From positions 7,068,001 to 7,132,000 of the forward strand of contig CP110439.1 in assembly GCA_026914245.1 (NCBI GenBank): 64,000 nucleotides of DNA, read 5' to 3'. This document shows positions 59,284 through 64,000 of this stretch, in pieces. The stretch comes from Puccinia triticina. Lineage: Eukaryota. The translations under genes were made by a program, and so were the position numbers. The notes beneath the pieces were generated by a model. The model made no database searches and was not told where the DNA came from. It saw only the letters and a list, made by a program, of their open reading frames with translations. The first letter of the stretch is position 1. Every line of letters begins with the position of its first letter.

Positions 59284-61810
59284 CACATATGGGCGAGAAT
59301 GGTTAACATATGCCATGACGAGGAAATAGTATGTATCAAATGATTCGCAACAGAGTTTGTTGTCACTCGCGGAGGTGGGACAAAAATAAGGAATGAACGG
59401 CAGAGATTGACGTGATAAAAGCACAGATTTGAGTATGCCGTTCAGAGGGCCAATCCTTACTGCACTCTGACTCGTGGGGAAAGCGCTACACGGCACAAGG
59501 TGATCCAAAACAGATGGTCAAGAAGTTCAGCCTAACACGGGGGTTCTTGATTTTGCTAGAAACACTTCTGCGGTTTGAACCCAAACTTCTGGGATGATGA
59601 CAATGGAAAGTTCTTCTCCGGGCGACGATGAGTACAGCCTTTGAAGTCAGAAGCTAACAAACAGAAGCCCCGGAAATTGGGGACCGATGAGCAAGAAGAG
59701 TACAAGGAAGCTTGGATACTGGGTGGTGCTACATAGCCTTGAAATATCCAGGGTGACCCAACCAAACGGAGGGTCGGGGAGAAGGAAAAGGAAAGTTGCG
59801 ACGAGGAGATCTTGTTTTGGCCTTGAAACCAAGTTTCAGTGAAACCCAGTTTCAGATGCCCCAGGGGATCTACTGAAGCAACCCAGGTTGAGTTGGAAGT
59901 TGGAGCCCCTTCATGATAGGTTAGCGCTCCGGTTAAGTTAGGTGTCGCAAGTGATGCAGAACATAGAGGCCATCTCTGTGAGAGAAATCATAACCACGTC
60001 CTCTACCTGCGCAATACAGTCTCAGGCTTCAGCAATGGCACATACCCCGTTGGCAAGTGCGAAATTTCTAGAGCTGGAAAGCTCGGCACGGGAACGCTAA
60101 ACCCGTTACCGGCCTCGCTCAGCCCCGCCCCCTATAGCCTCCTGCTTTCTTGGCATGTGCCACCTGGCCTCCTCACACTCACTTGCACCGCTTGAGCTCG
60201 ATTGGGTACGTCGATGCGCTTGCAGACTCCCAGGTCTGGACTACGGGCTGCCCGGTTTTTCGTATGTCCTGCGGATGTAAAGAGGAGCCTCTATCGGCCC
60301 ATAAGCAAATCTCTGAAGGCCTGGCCATAATGTACTTGATAATCAATGCGCTCGATTCTTCGACTTCACATTTGGTTTTTCTGCATGTTTATCTGACTCC
60401 GGAACACGGGGCAAGAAAGACAGGACCATTGGTGGAGATGGCCCTCGTCAGCGTCGCATGTTAAGAGGCGATGATCATAGCTTCCTATGTAATGAACCAC
60501 AAGAATTATTAATTCCTACATCTATTCTTAAGATAAGATACAAAGTTTTAATCACGATTCGATCTTAGCCGGCTTGAAGTGTGCTTAGAGGTTTGGATTT
60601 GGATGGAAACAGGGTCTGCGGTTCATGTCTTGAGACTTCATCGGGAAAACGGGTCTGCTGAGATCCTCCCGTTCCAAGAGACCCATGTGACCTGTGCAAA
60701 CTCATCTTGGACTATCAGTATTTTGCCACGTGATGCTTGGTTTTGGGATGGAAATCCTTATTTCTTCCACAAAACATGCGACCTTAACAATCACTTCAGT
60801 TTCTGCCTTAAGACCTAACAATCACTTCCTTCACTTTTCTGCCTTACACGCAAGTCAGATACGATTCGCGAAGCACCATGGGCGTCGACTTGCTCCCGGG
60901 CTGGAAAAGCTAGGAAAGAAATATATCGATCCATTAATGGTAACCACTCAAGCCTTGGCTGATATCATGCGTATTTGCTTACGCTCCTTGATCCTACTTT
61001 GCGGACTAATTCTTTTTTCCGGAGCTCCTGAAAAAAGGTCACTCAATCTGCTCGCGTTGCTTTCCAAACACCTTAGGATTTTTTTAGGTTCATTTTGAGC
61101 GTTCTCCAGAGAAGCGATTCCACGAAGAATGCCAGTTGAGGGTTGCCAGCGGGTTTGTGGTTGCTCTCATCAGCCCACACCAATGACTAATTCCTGACAC
61201 ATTTACACCGAACTTCTAAAATACTTGGAGGCGCGCGCTTCGCGCCCAGGAGGGAGTTCGATGTTAAGTTTGCATTCACACATCAACAAAAGAGTCTTTG
61301 GTCAAGGTTATTGTTTAAAGCCACATCAAGACTACCCTGGAATATGTGAGGCATGATGCTCAAATAGATGTGTGGGAATGTGGAGATCAGAATTGGGGGA
61401 TGAGACACATGCTGAGCAAGGTAATCTTGAAGAGATGGACTTTACGGGCTGATGGAATACATAAATATGTTATCAGTGGGCATTTTTGGCCTTAATATAA
61501 ACCATATCAGAGTTTTAGTTGCCAGCTCTAAGTTGATCCAAGTAATGTATATATCTCCTGTTTTTGAATCAAGGGTGTTCATATGATGGTGCCATGTGAA
61601 TGCACAATATTAGTAAACTGATCAACTGGGCAGGATTGCTTGTTTTTTCATGAATGTTTCTGGATGACTTGAGCCCACATGTGAACAAGAACTGGTGTAT
61701 ATATTTATCTCAACACTACCAGGGATAATTCCTGGTCAATATCAGGGGTGTGTTACATTGAAGAATATAAATTGTCAATCAAGGTACAAATGAGAAGGTG
61801 GGAACCAAGT

Positions 61811-61956
61811 GGAGGACTTCCCGCCAATCTGGAAACCCAGATTTTCCCAGATTTTGCAGGGAAATCTAGGCAGATCTAGGAATTGGGACGATTGAGCCCA
61901 GATTTCCCCGCAAAATCTGGAAAAATCTGAGTTCCCAGATTGACAGGAAGTCCTCC
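61811..61956. mobile_element. 146-bp foldback MITE, PIF/Harbinger-related (3-bp TSD)
   Basis: About 60-bp imperfect inverted arms GGAGGACTTCC...GGAAGTCCTCC, with AGT on both flanks. Confidence 0.7.
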
Positions 61957-62844
61957 AGTGATCAAGAATCAAGAGGGTTGAACATTGGTGGAGTCATGAT
62001 CTGGGGGGCTGGTTGGTAGTTGAACCACATATATCATATATGATATCACAATATCCACACTGATCACCACCGGGGGCCCGCCGGGCGCCCAACGGGCTAC
62101 CCAGACCCGCCCAATTTCTGCAACAGGTCTGGTGGGCTGGGCCAACTTTGGAAAGCTCCCCTGTATGCCGGCCCAAACCCAGACGGGTTCAGGTGGCCTG
62201 TTGGCCGGCCCGCCCAATAGCCATGCCTAGTTACAAGCATCTTCAGGAGATGTTTTTCATGAGCAAAAATAGCATGTCATCCTATGCAATTGTCTTCCTG
62301 CCAAACTCCATGTTCAGGTTTGCTGTATTGAGAAGCTTGAGTAGATGCGTAAACAATTTGTGACAAACTATGAAGTAGTTTAGGTCTGCCTCAGCAACTA
62401 AATTTCCATGAGAATGTTTGAGGATGCTCAATGGAATGCAGTACCATTCTTACACTGTTGATTCTTGTACCTTCCCAAATTGAAATGATTTCATGGAATC
62501 ACCTCCAATTGGAAAGTGTTGAATGTACTTTTTGGGATTTCAAAATTTCATGGCATTGACAAGTAGCCATGACAACCTCTCTGAATCCTTGATGTTCTAA
62601 AATTTATTATCCTCTCACCTAGGACGTCACAACAGTTCCAATTTTGGATAAATTATTGTGGAGTGTCCAGTATTACCAATGGCCGGTGCTGTATGACTTC
62701 TGGAAAAGCATATGATAACTCAAACCTTGCAGCACCAGAAGCTGGGTGTGATTTTTGATGCGGGAAATCAACTCTTGGGCTGTATGGACCAGCCACATAA
62801 GATGGCCTCAAGGCTTTTGGTGACTGCAGATATGTCAATACAGA

Positions 62845-64000
62845 CACCAGGGGGGAATGTGTGGCACTCTCTAGAGAGTGCCAAGCCGTATGTTTCTTTG
62901 GGGAAGCTGATTGATTTCAACTGTGTGAGCATGTGTGATGCAGGCTTCAAATATGTTGAAATTATGTTCAATTAAGGCTGATCATAGATCCACTCCATGG
63001 TGTACACACTGGCAATTCAGTGGAGGGTACCTCCACTTGATGCTTGGTAAACTCTTGGATTCTACACTTACTGGTGTGTATCAGCCATCAAGGTGAGACA
63101 CCCTCCGCTCAATGATTGGGGTGTACAGCCATTGAGTGGAGATACCCTCCAATTTATGACTGTTGGACAACCATTGAGTGGAGGGTGTGTCCACTCAATT
63201 AACATATGCACATTACCAGCTACATATCAAGTGAAGACATACTGCACTTGATGACCAGTGGTGAATGCCATTGAGTGGAGGGATTCTCCACTCAATGACT
63301 GGTGTGTACCGGACATTGAGTGGAGGGGTTCTCCACTAGGTGATTGGTGTCTACCAGCCATTGAGCGGAGACACCCTCCAATTGATGACAGGTCACTGGG
63401 GTGGGAATAACCCGCCTCAATGACCAGCACTACATGGGAGTCATTGTGCCTTACCTTTCCATGTTTGACGGAGAGGTACGTGCTGTACATTGCGCTGGGA
63501 GAGTCCCGGCTCAATGAGCAGTACATACCGTCCATCCGGCTGCGCTTTTCCGAGCAAGGTGGCTAGTATATATGCCTACCATGCTCGGAAAGGTTGGCTT
63601 GATGACCAGAATGTGCTGGTCATCAGGCTAAGGCTTCCCTGGCTTGATGACCAGGTGCTGGCCATTGTCTTTGAGTTCGGAGACGCCGCAGATTGATTCC
63701 TGGGGCATTATAGCCATCAAGCGCGGCCTCTCCCCACTCGATGAACAGTTTGTGCTGGCCATCAAGTTTGAGGAGGCCTAGATCGATGACCGGAACATAC
63801 TGGTCATTGATCTTGGGTTTTCCGAGCTCTGTAGGCAGCACATACTGGTCATGGGGGCTGGGAAAGCCAGGCTTAATGACCAGTATGTGTTTTACTGTTG
63901 AGGGTGGGGGCTTTCCCAGCTCGATGATAGCAAGCAGGGCTTGGTGAGTCTGGGTACATCGGCACCTTGCAAATGTCCTCCCTGATGTTTGGCCGAACAT
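62845..64000. mobile_element. Second copy of the CACTA-like element, running past the window end
   Basis: Begins CACCAGGGGGGAATGTGTGGCACTCTCTAGAGAGTGCCA and is colinear with 14067-15590, but lacks the TRIM. Confidence 0.88.

Noticed and set aside
59510..61300. Several short ORFs upstream of the HPt gene
   Set aside because: No motifs or consistent exon structure that I could support.
62058..62229. GC-rich hAT-like MITE ending CATGCCTA
   Set aside because: Only one plausible terminus and no TSD, so it is not supportable as a defined element.

Overview
This is a eukaryotic, transposon-dense window. Short GT-AG introns, the host gene families and the TE families point to a rust fungus (Pucciniales, Puccinia-like); that assignment is inference. 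Host genes: two intronless paralogues encoding large putatively secreted proteins (10952-13945, internally duplicated, and 49417-51243), an SDR oxidoreductase (52239-53635, -), a Ypd1-like histidine phosphotransferase (58470-59283, -) and a possible small secreted protein (56701-57162). Decayed host-gene fragments: glutaminyl cyclase, a kinesin motor and a NIPA-like piece. Most of the rest is nested mobile DNA, and many boundaries can be read from TIRs, LTRs and TSDs. (1) A decayed DIRS/Ngaro-type retroelement. (2) A hAT inside a MULE-type MITE inside another MULE-type MITE. (3) A CACTA-like element carrying a 355-bp TRIM. (4) A 14-kb hAT containing a chromovirus Gypsy (itself holding a probable solo LTR) and a P-like MITE. 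(5) An 11.5-kb Helitron with an intact accessory gene and long subterminal inverted repeats, interrupted by a young gag-only LTR element. (6) Several further MITEs. The most striking item is the TRIM at 14420-14774. Each of its 130-bp LTRs contains a full tRNA-like cloverleaf with Pol III A/B boxes, and it has a Copia-type PBS, a PPT and a 5-bp TSD. An empty homologous site is visible later in the same window. All boundaries and motif calls were read by eye; no database searches were run.
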